Under the pieces are notes generated by a model. It did no database searches. It was not told the DNA's origin and saw only the letters and a program-made list of their open reading frames with translations. The position numbers and the translations under genes were made by a program. Positions 14,653-23,544 of a stretch of DNA of 24,000 bases are shown piece after piece. Source of the DNA: Buttiauxella agrestis (GTDB lineage: Bacteria > Pseudomonadota > Gammaproteobacteria > Enterobacterales > Enterobacteriaceae); the NCBI RefSeq assembly GCF_900446255.1, contig NZ_UIGI01000001.1, positions 250,763 through 274,762 on the forward strand. The letters run 5' to 3'. Position 1 is the stretch's first letter. Each line of letters begins with the position of its first letter.

Positions 14653-16776
14653 TTACACGCGTTCAAAGCCAATCAAAATGGCGCTTTCCGGGTCGAGGAT
14701 CGGTAGTGCTAATCCGGCCTGTGCCAGCCATTCTCCGCTAACGGTTTGCGTTGTTTCCATCCAGCCCGGCAGCTTGCGCATGGTATGACCGCCTTTGCCC
14801 ACCACGCTGATTTGTGGATGGTCGAGCAGGGTAATGCGATAACGAGCCGCCGGGTCCAGCCCTGGCACGCGCAAATTACCGGCGAGCGTATAATCCGGCA
14901 TCGCCAGTTGGCTGACCAAATACAGCGCCTGAGATTTATCTTCCGCAACGACACCTTGCACTTGCGTTGTGGCATCTGGCATATCCACACGCCACTGTTT
15001 GCCGGTATGCAGCAGCGGTCGCCACTGTTTGTAGAGTTGCACGTAGCGCTCGTAACCTGCGCTTTCGGCAGCGTCGGCCGTCATCGGGTCAAGCTCCATA
15101 CCCAGATGCCCGAACAGGGCTGTCAGGCCACGAAAATCAATGCTGTGCTGGCGATAGGTGGCATGGCAACGCAGATTGCCGATGTGCGCACCCATCACTT
15201 CCGGCGGGAAGAAATAGCTCATGCCGCGCTGGATGGTATTACGCTCCAGCGCATCATTATTGTCTGACGCCCAGAAGCGGTGGGTGCGTTTTAACACTTC
15301 ATAGTCGATTCGCCCGCCACCCGATGCGCAGGATTCAAACTCAACGTGTGGGTATTTGCGGTTAAGTTCGTCCAACAGGCGGTAAAACTGACGAGTTTGT
15401 GCATCCGCTGCCGCTTTGCCATTGTGCCCCGCCTGAACCAGCTCGCGGTTCATATCCCACTTCACGTAATCAATCGGATGTTCGCCCAGCAGCCAGTTCA
15501 TGCGCTCTAAAAGATAATCGAACACCTGTGGATTACTAAGATCCAGCACCCACTGGTAGCGCCCGGTGGCCTGCTCGTAGCCCGGCAGCGCCAGTACCCA
15601 ATCGGGATGCGCACGGTATAAATCGGAATCCGGGTTAATCATTTCCGGCTCGACCCAAATACCAAATTCCATGCCGCACGCTTTCACATGGTTGATAACC
15701 GGCATCAAACCGTTCGGATATTTTTGCTCATCAAGATACCAGTCGCCGAGCGCTGCCCGGTCATGATTGCGGCCTTTAAACCAGCCGTCATCAATGATGA
15801 AACGCTCCACACCCAGCTCGGCGGCGCGGCTCGCCATTTGCATGATGTATTCCGGGTTATGGTCGAAATAGATCCCTTCCCACGTATTGAGATGCACCGG
15901 GCGCGGCTTATTTTCCGGGAAGCGAATAACCTGTTCGCGCAGGAATTGGTGGAACTGCTGGCTCATGCCATTCAGACCGCTGGCCGAGTGGCTGGCATAA
16001 AGCCATGGCGTATGCAGCGTTTCGCCTTCACCCAGCGCCATTTCGCCCGCCAGATACAGCGCTTCGGCTTGCAGATAACGACGGCCATCCGTTTTCACTT
16101 CGCAGCGCAAGCGGTGGTTGCCGCTCCAGCCCAAATGCACGCCCCACACATCGCCTTGCTGTTCACTAAATGCGGCCGTTCCCGCAATCATGGCCGGGAA
16201 ATGTTCGTGCGAGGTGCGCCCACGGCGATTTTCCAGCACGAAGCTGTCATGCTCAAGGCGAATGCGATGTGGCTGGAATTCACGTGTCCAGCGACCATGA
16301 AACGCCATGACTTCGAGTGCGCGTTCGGCAATGGGCAGAGTGATGGCCAGGCGATCCACTTGCCACGGAGTCGCGCGTAAGTTGGCCAGCCCATGGCGAA
16401 TTTGCAACACGCCGCTGCTGTCAAGACGAAGCTCGCTAATCAGGCGCAAACCGGCCTGCTTATCCTCAGCGGTGATCGTTATATTCTGGCCGTTTTGTTC
16501 AACCTGCGTGGTGGTAAAAACCGGAGAGGCATCCAGGCCGTTGCGATGGCCTTCAATCCCCGGCGAGCCAAACAAACCGCGCCCGAGTTCTGCACCTAAG
16601 GTTATCGGCGTATCAATATCAAGGCGGCCATTGGCGATGGGGCGATCCAGGCTGGCGCTATCTTGCGGTGAAAAGTGCGCAAGATGCTGGCCCCAGTAGA
16701 CTATTTCGGCGAAAGGTTGGGTTCTTATAACGATGTCGCTTTGGGCGCTGGTTAAGCGATGATAAATCGGTTCCAT
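14653..16776 (-). CDS. rafA: Alpha-galactosidase, GH36 (RafA-like)
   Basis: The start is uncertain: 16776 (MEPIYHRLTS, best match to the RafA N-terminus MISKYCRLTS) or 16785. There are long stretches nearly identical to RafA as I recall it (MAFHGRWTREFQPHR, FIIDDGWF, YVKWDMNR, ESCASGGGR). Confidence 0.9.
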   Translation of the reverse strand: MEPIYHRLTSAQSDIVIRTQPFAEIVYWGQHLAHFSPQDSASLDRPIANGRLDIDTPITLGAELGRGLFGSPGIEGHRNGLDASPVFTTTQVEQNGQNITITAEDKQAGLRLISELRLDSSGVLQIRHGLANLRATPWQVDRLAITLPIAERALEVMAFHGRWTREFQPHRIRLEHDSFVLENRRGRTSHEHFPAMIAGTAAFSEQQGDVWGVHLGWSGNHRLRCEVKTDGRRYLQAEALYLAGEMALGEGETLHTPWLYASHSASGLNGMSQQFHQFLREQVIRFPENKPRPVHLNTWEGIYFDHNPEYIMQMASRAAELGVERFIIDDGWFKGRNHDRAALGDWYLDEQKYPNGLMPVINHVKACGMEFGIWVEPEMINPDSDLYRAHPDWVLALPGYEQATGRYQWVLDLSNPQVFDYLLERMNWLLGEHPIDYVKWDMNRELVQAGHNGKAAADAQTRQFYRLLDELNRKYPHVEFESCASGGGRIDYEVLKRTHRFWASDNNDALERNTIQRGMSYFFPPEVMGAHIGNLRCHATYRQHSIDFRGLTALFGHLGMELDPMTADAAESAGYERYVQLYKQWRPLLHTGKQWRVDMPDATTQVQGVVAEDKSQALYLVSQLAMPDYTLAGNLRVPGLDPAARYRITLLDHPQISVVGKGGHTMRKLPGWMETTQTVSGEWLAQAGLALPILDPESAILIGFERV

Positions 16777-16813
16777 GAATGGCATCTCTGGGAAAGTGAT
16801 GTCATTACTGTTG

Positions 16814-16831
16814 ATCCGAAACGTTTCGGAT
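16814..16831. promoter_or_regulatory. raf operator, promoter-distal: perfect 18-bp palindrome
   Basis: ATCCGAAACGTTTCGGAT is a perfect palindrome with a LacI-family CG centre. It lies 38 bp upstream of the preferred rafA ATG. Confidence 0.75.
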
Positions 16832-16835
16832 GCCA

Positions 16836-16851
16836 ATCAAAACGTTTCGGT
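16836..16851. promoter_or_regulatory. Second raf operator: imperfect palindrome
   Basis: ATCAAAACGTTTCGGT has the same AAACGTTTCGG half. Its centre is exactly 21 bp from the first operator. TTGATTGGCA (a candidate -35, TTGGCA or TTGATT) lies between the two. A perfect TATAAT (minus strand, 16864-16869) lies just upstream of both. I could not assemble a fully convincing -35/-10 pair. Confidence 0.65.
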
Positions 16852-16882
16852 AATGTGATCGTGATTATAAAATCAGTGAAAT

Positions 16883-17890
16883 TCAGGCTGGAGGATTAGT
16901 GGTGACGCCGGGAATAAATTCCGGTTGCCAAAGTACTTGCAGGGAATCGATAGGTTGGCCGGAAATCAGGCCTAGCACCATGCTTGAAATTTGCTTTCCG
17001 ACGCCTTCACGCGTCGATTGAACCACGGCGGCGACGTCAGTTTCGACAATGCTGTCCGTTGGCAAACCATCGTAAACCACTAAAGAAACGCGATTTTCAC
17101 CGGTCAATAAGCCCATATGCTGCAATGCCATCGCGGCACCGTCGCCATGCGAGTTGCAGTCGGTAACTATCGCCGTGGGTGGCGAGGGTAACGCCATTAA
17201 CTCTTGCACGGCTTTGTAACCCGCGCGGCGGGTTGGTGGCACTTCGCGTAGATAATCCATGGATAAATGGTGGTTTGCGAGCGCATCAAGATAACCGTTG
17301 CGGCGTTGTGTGATAAATGCCTGATAGTTATTTTCACCTAGCAAAGCGATTCGCTCATGTCCCAGTGAAATCAGATGGTTAGCCGCATTAAATGTGCCAG
17401 CGTGGTTGTCAAAATCAAACCATGCGTAGGGTTGAGCCAGTTGGCTGCGACCCAGCGCTAAAAATGGGAAACCGGCAGATTGTAGCTGTTGCAAACGTGG
17501 ATCGTTATCGAGAGTGTGAGCCACAATCAGCGCATCGACACGGCGGCCTTGCACCATTCGCATAAATCCGTGCCGATCGGCATTATCGTCATCGGCAATG
17601 AGCAGCAAATCCACTTCATGTTGCGCCAGTTCGCGGCTAATTTCGCCGACCATGTCCATAAAGACGCTGTTATTGAGCGGCACGGGATGAACAGGGAAAA
17701 CCAGGCCAACGGCATCAATTTTCCCCATCTTCAGGCGACGGGCAAAGGTATTTGGGCGGTAACCACGGCGCTGTGCTTCGGCTTCGACACGTGCTTTTGT
17801 CTCTTGCGATACATCGTCATAACCGTTCAGCGCGCGGCTGACAGTCGTAACAGAAAGTCCGAGTTGTTTGGCGATGGCTTTAAGCGACAT
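16883..17890 (-). CDS. rafR: LacI-family raffinose operon repressor (RafR-like)
   Basis: 335 aa. MSLKAIAKQLGLSVTTVSRALNGYDDV...RRGYRPNTFARRLKMGK closely matches RafR as I recall it. It sits upstream of rafA and rafB in the same orientation, as in the plasmid raf operon. Confidence 0.9.
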   Translation of the reverse strand: MSLKAIAKQLGLSVTTVSRALNGYDDVSQETKARVEAEAQRRGYRPNTFARRLKMGKIDAVGLVFPVHPVPLNNSVFMDMVGEISRELAQHEVDLLLIADDDNADRHGFMRMVQGRRVDALIVAHTLDNDPRLQQLQSAGFPFLALGRSQLAQPYAWFDFDNHAGTFNAANHLISLGHERIALLGENNYQAFITQRRNGYLDALANHHLSMDYLREVPPTRRAGYKAVQELMALPSPPTAIVTDCNSHGDGAAMALQHMGLLTGENRVSLVVYDGLPTDSIVETDVAAVVQSTREGVGKQISSMVLGLISGQPIDSLQVLWQPEFIPGVTTNPPA

Positions 17891-17986
17891 AAAAATCCGT
17901 GTCTGGTGAGTAAGTGGCGGAGCTGAAAGCTAGTTTCCCGCAACAATGTGTACCCGTCCACAGAATAACGTAATTAAGAGTCGCAA

Positions 17987-18011
17987 ATATGTCACCGGGT
18001 CTGTGACATAT
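17987..18011. promoter_or_regulatory. Inverted repeat upstream of frvA: candidate operator
   Basis: ATATGTCAC-cgggtct-GTGACATAT has perfect 9-bp arms. It lies 66 bp upstream of the frvA ATG, in the rafR/frvA divergent region. Confidence 0.35.
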
Positions 18012-18076
18012 CCGCTGTTATTAGAAGCTGTTTAACTTTCTACACTATCGCTCTGAATCTTCGATGGAGCGAACAG

Positions 18077-18520
18077 ATGTCCTTCCTCAATGCCAATGCG
18101 GTAAACCTCAATATTGGCGGCAACAGCGCTTATTCAGTGCTGAAAAACCTTGCTGCAATGGCGGCAGATCTTGGCTACATCAATGACAAACAAGCCTTTA
18201 TGCAAACGCTACTCCTGCGTGAACAAAACCATTCCACGGGTTTTGGTTCCGGCGTAGCGGTTCCCCACGGCAAAAGCGCTGCGGTAGTAAAACCCTTTGT
18301 TTTGTTCGCCAGAAGCCCCCTGGATATTGACTGGAAAGCGATGGATGACGAAGGGGTTAACTGCTGGATTTGCATCGGCATTCCCGAGATCGGCGGCGAA
18401 GAACAGGTGAATGCGATTTCCACATTGTGCCGCAAAATTATTCACCAGGATTTTATCCAACAGCTGAAAACCGGCAATGCGCAGGATGTTGTCGCGCTGC
18501 TCAACCAAACCCTCTCCTGA
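18077..18520 (+). CDS. frvA: PTS fructose-like EIIA component (FrvA-like)
   Basis: 147 aa, PTS EIIA type-2, with the active-site context GVAVPHGKS. SD GGAG lies 7 nt upstream. It is the first gene of an frvABXR-ordered cluster. Confidence 0.85.
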   Translation: MSFLNANAVNLNIGGNSAYSVLKNLAAMAADLGYINDKQAFMQTLLLREQNHSTGFGSGVAVPHGKSAAVVKPFVLFARSPLDIDWKAMDDEGVNCWICIGIPEIGGEEQVNAISTLCRKIIHQDFIQQLKTGNAQDVVALLNQTLS

Positions 18521-18536
18521 GCCTGAGGAATACGCC

Positions 18537-19994
18537 ATGGAAGCCCCTCTCAAACTTGTCGCGATAACAAACTGCCCGGCGGGGATTGCCCACACCTACA
18601 TGGTGGCTGAGGCGCTGGAGCAAAAAGCCCGTTCGCTTGGGCATGTCATTAAAGTTGAAACACAAGGTGCAAACGGAGTCGAAAACCGCCTGTTGGACAG
18701 CGAAATCGCTGCGGCAGATTACGTCATTCTCTCCATTGGGCGCGGGCTAAACGAAGATGACCGCGCCCGTTTCGCCGGGAAAAAAGTGTATGAATTGCCC
18801 ATCTCGCAGGCGCTGAAAAACATTAATCAGATTTTTGAACAGTTGCCGACGCACTCAAAACTTTTCACGGCTGATAGCGGCGTGAAGCTGGGAAATCAGG
18901 AAGTAAAGCAGGGCAGTGTGATGAGTCACCTGATGGCGGGTGTTTCGGCCGCTCTCCCGTTCGTGATTGGCGGCGGTATTCTGGTGGCAATCGCCAATAT
19001 GCTGGTGCAATTTGGCCTGCCGTATCAGGACATGAGCAAAGGCGCGCCGTCGTTTAGCTGGATTATCGAGTCCATCGGCTATCTTGGCTTCAAATTTATG
19101 ATCCCGATAATGGGCGCGTATATCGCCTGGTCAATTAGCGATAAACCCGCGTTTGCTCCGGCGTTTATCGTCTGTTACCTCGCAAATGACAAAGGTTTAC
19201 TCGGCACGCAATCTGGCGCGGGTTTCTTAGGCGCGGTCGTGCTCGGTCTGGCGATTGGCTATTTCGTTCGTTACTTCCGCAAGGTCAAACTGGGCAAGGC
19301 GCTGCAACCACTGCTTGGCTCTATGCTCATCCCATTCGTTACGCTTTTCGTGTTTGGTGTTTTGACGTATTACGTCGTCGGGCCGTTTATGGCGAGCATC
19401 ATGGACGGGCTGCTGCATTTCCTGAATACCATTCCACCGTCGATGAAACTTGGCGCGGCGTTCCTCGTGGGGGCAATGCTGGCGTTTGATATGGGCGGGC
19501 CAATCAACAAAACCGCATGGTTCTTTTGCTTTTCGCTACTCGAAAAACACATTTATGACTGGTACGCGATTGTCGGCGTGGTGGCATTAATGCCGCCGAT
19601 GGCTGCTGGTATCGCCACCTTTATTGCGCCGAAATTGTTTACCCAGCAGGAAAAAGACGCCGCAGGCAGCGCGATTGTGGTGGGGGCTACCGTGGCAACC
19701 GAACCGGCAATACCGTATGCGCTGGCGGCGCCGTTACCGATGATTACCGCGAACACCTTAAGCGGCGGGATCACTGGAATGTTGGTTATTGCGTTTGGTA
19801 TTCAACGCCTGGCGCCGGGCCTTGGCGTATTCGACCCGCTGATTGGTTTGATGTCGCCGGTCATTCCATTTTATGCGGTGCTTGCCGCGGGACTGGCGTT
19901 GAATATCACGCTGATTATTGTGCTCAAAGGTGCATGGCTTAAACATAGCGCTCGTAAACTCGCCGCAAAACAGGACGTTGCTCATGAAATTTAA
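18537..19994 (+). CDS. frvB: PTS fructose-like EIIBC component (FrvB-like)
   Basis: I prefer the start MEAPLKLVAITNCPAGIAHTYM at 18537, with SD GAGGAA upstream. The EIIB(Fru) cysteine motif is NCPAGIAHT, followed by a membrane EIIC. About 485 aa, against 483 aa recalled for K-12 FrvB. Confidence 0.9.
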   Translation: MEAPLKLVAITNCPAGIAHTYMVAEALEQKARSLGHVIKVETQGANGVENRLLDSEIAAADYVILSIGRGLNEDDRARFAGKKVYELPISQALKNINQIFEQLPTHSKLFTADSGVKLGNQEVKQGSVMSHLMAGVSAALPFVIGGGILVAIANMLVQFGLPYQDMSKGAPSFSWIIESIGYLGFKFMIPIMGAYIAWSISDKPAFAPAFIVCYLANDKGLLGTQSGAGFLGAVVLGLAIGYFVRYFRKVKLGKALQPLLGSMLIPFVTLFVFGVLTYYVVGPFMASIMDGLLHFLNTIPPSMKLGAAFLVGAMLAFDMGGPINKTAWFFCFSLLEKHIYDWYAIVGVVALMPPMAAGIATFIAPKLFTQQEKDAAGSAIVVGATVATEPAIPYALAAPLPMITANTLSGGITGMLVIAFGIQRLAPGLGVFDPLIGLMSPVIPFYAVLAAGLALNITLIIVLKGAWLKHSARKLAAKQDVAHEI

Positions 19995-21045
19995 CTTCTT
20001 AAAACAGCTTTGTGACGCCAGCGCAGTCAGTGGCGACGAACATGAAGTCCGCCACATTCTGGCGCACCAGTTACGCCCCTTCGCGGATGAAATTACTTTC
20101 GATGGACTGGGCAGTTTTATCGCCTGCAAAGGCAATAAAGGCCCGAAAGTGGCGATAGTCGGCCATATGGACGAAGTCGGTTTTATGGTGAAACACATCA
20201 CCGAACAAGGCTTTATTTGGTTCGATACCATTGGTTCATGGTGGAACCAGTCAATGCTGAATCACCGCGTAACAATCAGAACCCGTAGCGGCGAGAAAAT
20301 CCCCGGTCTGATTGGTTCTGTAGCGCCTCATGCCTTGAGTGAAAAGCAAAAACAGCAGCCGATGGCGCACGAAGAAATGTTTATCGATATCGGTGCCAGC
20401 AGCCGGGAAGAAGTCTGCTCACGCGGCGTCGCTATCGGGGATTTTATTAGTCCGGAGGCGAATTTTGCCCGCTGGGGTGAAGATAAAATCACCGCGAAAG
20501 CGCTGGATAATCGTGCGGGTTGCGCATTAATGGCGGAGTTATTTGAGAGTGTTAATAACCCTGACATCACGCTCTACGGCATTGCGACGGTGGAAGAAGA
20601 AGTCGGTCTGCGCGGGGCTCAAACGTCTGCCGAATTCGTTAAACCGGATATTGTGATTGTGCTGGATACCGCCGTGGCAGGGGATATTCCCGGCATCGAC
20701 CCCATTAAATTCCCGCTCAAACTTGGCCACGGCCCGGCGGTAATGCTGTTTGATAAACGTTATTTCCCCAACCAAAAGCTGGTGGCAGCGCTGAAGCAAA
20801 GTAGTGAAGCCGCAGGCGCGCCTGTGCAGTTTTGCACAATGAAAACGGGAGCCACAGACGGCGGGCGTTTTAATGTGATGGGAGGAGGCCGCCCGGTCGT
20901 GTCCATTTGCCTGCCAACACGTTATCTGCACGCGAATAGTTCGATGATTTCCGGGAACGATTATGCCGCGGCTTTTCGCGTGATCCATCATCTTCTAAAT
21001 AGAATTAACGCTTCATTTATTGATGAGGTAAATACTTATATTTAA
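19984..21045 (+). CDS. frvX: M42-family metallo-aminopeptidase/glucanase-like protein (FrvX-like)
   Basis: I prefer the start MKFNFLKQLCDA at 19984, which overlaps the frvB 3' end by 11 nt. M42 motifs present are GHMDEVGF, ALDNRAG and EEEVGLRGA. Confidence 0.9.
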   Translation: MKFNFLKQLCDASAVSGDEHEVRHILAHQLRPFADEITFDGLGSFIACKGNKGPKVAIVGHMDEVGFMVKHITEQGFIWFDTIGSWWNQSMLNHRVTIRTRSGEKIPGLIGSVAPHALSEKQKQQPMAHEEMFIDIGASSREEVCSRGVAIGDFISPEANFARWGEDKITAKALDNRAGCALMAELFESVNNPDITLYGIATVEEEVGLRGAQTSAEFVKPDIVIVLDTAVAGDIPGIDPIKFPLKLGHGPAVMLFDKRYFPNQKLVAALKQSSEAAGAPVQFCTMKTGATDGGRFNVMGGGRPVVSICLPTRYLHANSSMISGNDYAAAFRVIHHLLNRINASFIDEVNTYI

Positions 21046-21165
21046 AGATAATTACGGGATTGCGTAAGTTCTGGAATGTATCTCGCAAACCCGTTTTTTG
21101 ATGCTTGCCATTCTCCCGGCGAATCGCAAAAGTGGTTATGTTTTCTTCAACCCGGTACGCCATCA

Positions 21166-22899
21166 ATGCTTAGTGAACGTCAGTTGTCCCTGCTCGAAAG
21201 ACTGGAAAACCAGAACCTGACCATGAAAGATCTGGCGAGCGGGGGAAATGTCTCCAGCCGGACTGTGCTGCGCGATATCGACTACCTGAATTTTACTCTC
21301 AGCGATGCGGCACGCATTAGCACCAACGGTAGTGGCTACCAGTTAGATATTTTCGACAGAAACCGTTATTTCATGCAGTTACAGCGCCATGATAACGACG
21401 ACAGAATGCTTTTTGTCTTACTCACCAACCTGTACACCACACGGCTGCAACTGGCAGAAGCTCTCAATTTGCCGGAGAAAATCGTTAACGACCAACTCGC
21501 ACGGCTTAAGCAGCGAACCTCACGTTGGTTCAGGATTGCCAGCAGGCCAAATTCCGGGCACTACATTGATGAGCCGCGTCGAAAGAAACTGATCATTCTG
21601 GCTAATTTAATCAAAAAATCGCCGTCGACAGTCTGCGCCAGTCTCAACCTTGAAAGCCGGGTATTTCAGGTTCTGCAACAGAATATTGAAGGCATCAGCG
21701 ATAATCCCGAATACTGCGCAACGTTATTGTTGGCGGTTTACGCGCTGCGAAATCAAAAATCGCCTTCTGTACCGGCAGGCAACAGCCAGACTTTCCATGC
21801 CGCTTACGAGTCCGCTGGACTGTATCTTTCTCATGACGCGTTGAAGGAAGCCGATTCGCTGGTGAAAGCGCTGCAAGATAGTGCTTCGCAAGTTACCACC
21901 ACAGTGATAGGCGAGTTGACGCTGGAATTATTGATTAGCCACGGTTTGGGCGAACTGGATGAGCAACTGATTGATGACCTGACCGCTCATATTACGCGGT
22001 GTGCGGCGCGGCCTTTATGGTTACAAGAAAGCCGACAAGGGTCTATGAACAACCTGAAAGCGGCGTGGCCGGTGGCGTTTGATCTGAGTATTGGGCTGAT
22101 TAACCAAATCAGGCAGCGGCTGAATATTGAAATTTATGACAGCGATTTGATTGGCCTGTATTTCGCCTGTGCGCTGGAACGCAACCAGGGTGAAAAGCAC
22201 ACCATTGTTTTGCTCGCCGAGCAAAATGCCATCGCTACTATCAATCAACTGGCTATTGAACGTGAGTTGCATAATTGCCGGGTGGTTATCGCTCTCCAGC
22301 CTGCGCAGTTGTATGCATTGTGTGAAGAAATGACTCCCGCTCTGATTATCAATAACAGCGCTTTTCCACTGGATAAACTCGTGGCAGAAATGCTGGTTAT
22401 CAAGAATATTATTAATCCGGCAGGTATTAACCTGGTGAAAGAGAGGCTGGATTATTCATTGATAAAACAAAAGCTCCCGCAATTTATCCCAGAGGAGTGC
22501 AGTTTTGTTTATGCCAATACTCCGGGTGATCAGTGGCTAACCATCATCAAAGATATCTGTGCCAGGTTAGTGAAGCGGGGGCTTTTAAATAAGGATGATG
22601 CGCGTAGTGTTTATCAACGAGAAACGGAAGGGGAAAACCTGGTCGTCAATCGTATCGCCATCCCCCATTGCTGGAGCGAATCGAGCAATCAATTTCGCAG
22701 CTATTTTATTTGCCTTAAACACCCGGTGATGATTAACGGCGAGTCCGTTGCCCATTTGTTGTTAGCCTGCACCAGCACTTCGTTGCGCCAGGAGCTAAAG
22801 ATTTTCAGCTACTTAGCTAATGCGTTAAACCGCTACGATGCGCATGAGATTGAACGCATCAGGAGCTACCAGCAGTTTATGGCGTTACTTTGCGGATAA
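21166..22899 (+). CDS. frvR: Putative frv operon regulator (FrvR-like): N-terminal HTH plus C-terminal EIIA-type-2-like domain
   Basis: I prefer the start MLSERQLSLLERLENQ at 21166, matching K-12 FrvR MLNERQLKIVDLLEQ as I recall it, although no clear SD is visible. The C-terminal NRIAIPHCWSE resembles an EIIA-2 active-site loop. NAIATINQLAIE and the SDLIGLYFACALER block are conserved with FrvR. Confidence 0.8.
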   Translation: MLSERQLSLLERLENQNLTMKDLASGGNVSSRTVLRDIDYLNFTLSDAARISTNGSGYQLDIFDRNRYFMQLQRHDNDDRMLFVLLTNLYTTRLQLAEALNLPEKIVNDQLARLKQRTSRWFRIASRPNSGHYIDEPRRKKLIILANLIKKSPSTVCASLNLESRVFQVLQQNIEGISDNPEYCATLLLAVYALRNQKSPSVPAGNSQTFHAAYESAGLYLSHDALKEADSLVKALQDSASQVTTTVIGELTLELLISHGLGELDEQLIDDLTAHITRCAARPLWLQESRQGSMNNLKAAWPVAFDLSIGLINQIRQRLNIEIYDSDLIGLYFACALERNQGEKHTIVLLAEQNAIATINQLAIERELHNCRVVIALQPAQLYALCEEMTPALIINNSAFPLDKLVAEMLVIKNIINPAGINLVKERLDYSLIKQKLPQFIPEECSFVYANTPGDQWLTIIKDICARLVKRGLLNKDDARSVYQRETEGENLVVNRIAIPHCWSESSNQFRSYFICLKHPVMINGESVAHLLLACTSTSLRQELKIFSYLANALNRYDAHEIERIRSYQQFMALLCG

Positions 22900-23075
22900 A
22901 CTGTTTCGCAGTCAGTTCGTAATCTTCAATTTGTTTTTTTAACTCATCGATAGCCGTTTATAATTCGCCCGTTATTGCTAATGCTTTTTCAGTATCAAAA
23001 GTATCCTGGCTAATTATTGTTGGTCGTTAACAACGTCTATCGCGAAGTAGAGAAATAAAATGGCGTGAAATAACG

Positions 23076-23101
23076 AAAAAAACACCCGGCAAGCCGAGTG
23101 T
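23076..23101 (-). terminator. Rho-independent terminator of asr
   Basis: The minus-strand RNA is ACACUCGG-CUUG-CCGGGUGU, an 8-bp stem including one G-U pair with a tetraloop, followed by UUUUUUU. It lies 29 nt after the asr stop. Confidence 0.8.
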
Positions 23102-23129
23102 TTTAGAGTCGAGGGATTTTGTTACTGGC

Positions 23130-23432
23130 TTATGCAGCAGGTTTAACCGCTGGTTTTGCTGCTGGCGCTACTGTGTGAGTCGCTTTTTTGTGGTGCTTTT
23201 TGGCAGCCTGAGCTTTCTGTGGAGCGGCTGCGGCTGCTTTATGTGTGGTTGTTTTGTGGTGCTTTTTAGCTGCCTGCGCTTTCTGAGCGACAGGTGCTGC
23301 TTTATGGTGTTTCTTGTGGTGCACAGTAGTGGTGTGTTTTGCCGGAGCAGGGGCTGCGGTAGTATCAGCAGCGAAAGCAACAGAAGACAGACCCATTACA
23401 GCAACAGCAATCAGTGTTAATACTTTTTTCAT
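23130..23432 (-). CDS. asr: Acid shock protein Asr-like: secreted, Lys/His/Ala-rich
   Basis: I prefer the start [21 protein letters not shown] at 23432; the track ORF has a 23-aa extension. The signal peptide and the repeated [11 protein letters not shown] blocks closely match E. coli Asr as I recall it. Confidence 0.85.
   Translation of the reverse strand: MKKVLTLIAVAVMGLSSVAFAADTTAAPAPAKHTTTVHHKKHHKAAPVAQKAQAAKKHHKTTTHKAAAAAPQKAQAAKKHHKKATHTVAPAAKPAVKPAA
23186..23285 (-). repeat. Two copies of a 34-bp direct repeat inside asr, 66 bp apart
   Basis: The segments 23186-23219 and 23252-23285 differ at 3 of 34 positions. Both encode [11 protein letters not shown]. The offset of 66 bp equals 22 codons. 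Confidence 0.8.
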
Positions 23433-23530
23433 TTTAATCGTCTCGTATTTGTTTGCGTGTGGCCTGCTGGCCCGTTGAAATAACTTTATTCCAGTAAACA
23501 AATACGTTCAGTGAGTGATTGGTGTCGGTA

Positions 23531-23544
23531 CGTAACGGAATGTA
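23531..23544 (-). promoter_or_regulatory. RstA-box-like element upstream of asr
   Basis: The minus strand reads TACATTCCGTTACG, compared with the RstA box TACATNTNGTTACA as I recall it; 2 of the 12 specified positions mismatch. It lies about 100 bp upstream of the asr ATG and just after the fdhD stop. Confidence 0.3.

Noticed and set aside
22900-23075. Minus-strand translated fragments (..SQDTFDTEKALAITGEL*, ..IDELKKQIEDYELTAKQF..) that look like pieces of a broken small gene between frvR and asr.
   Set aside because: The fragments are in different frames, very short, and without start or RBS. I cannot assign a family from memory, and the second fragment runs antisense into the frvR 3' end. 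They are recorded only as a possible remnant.
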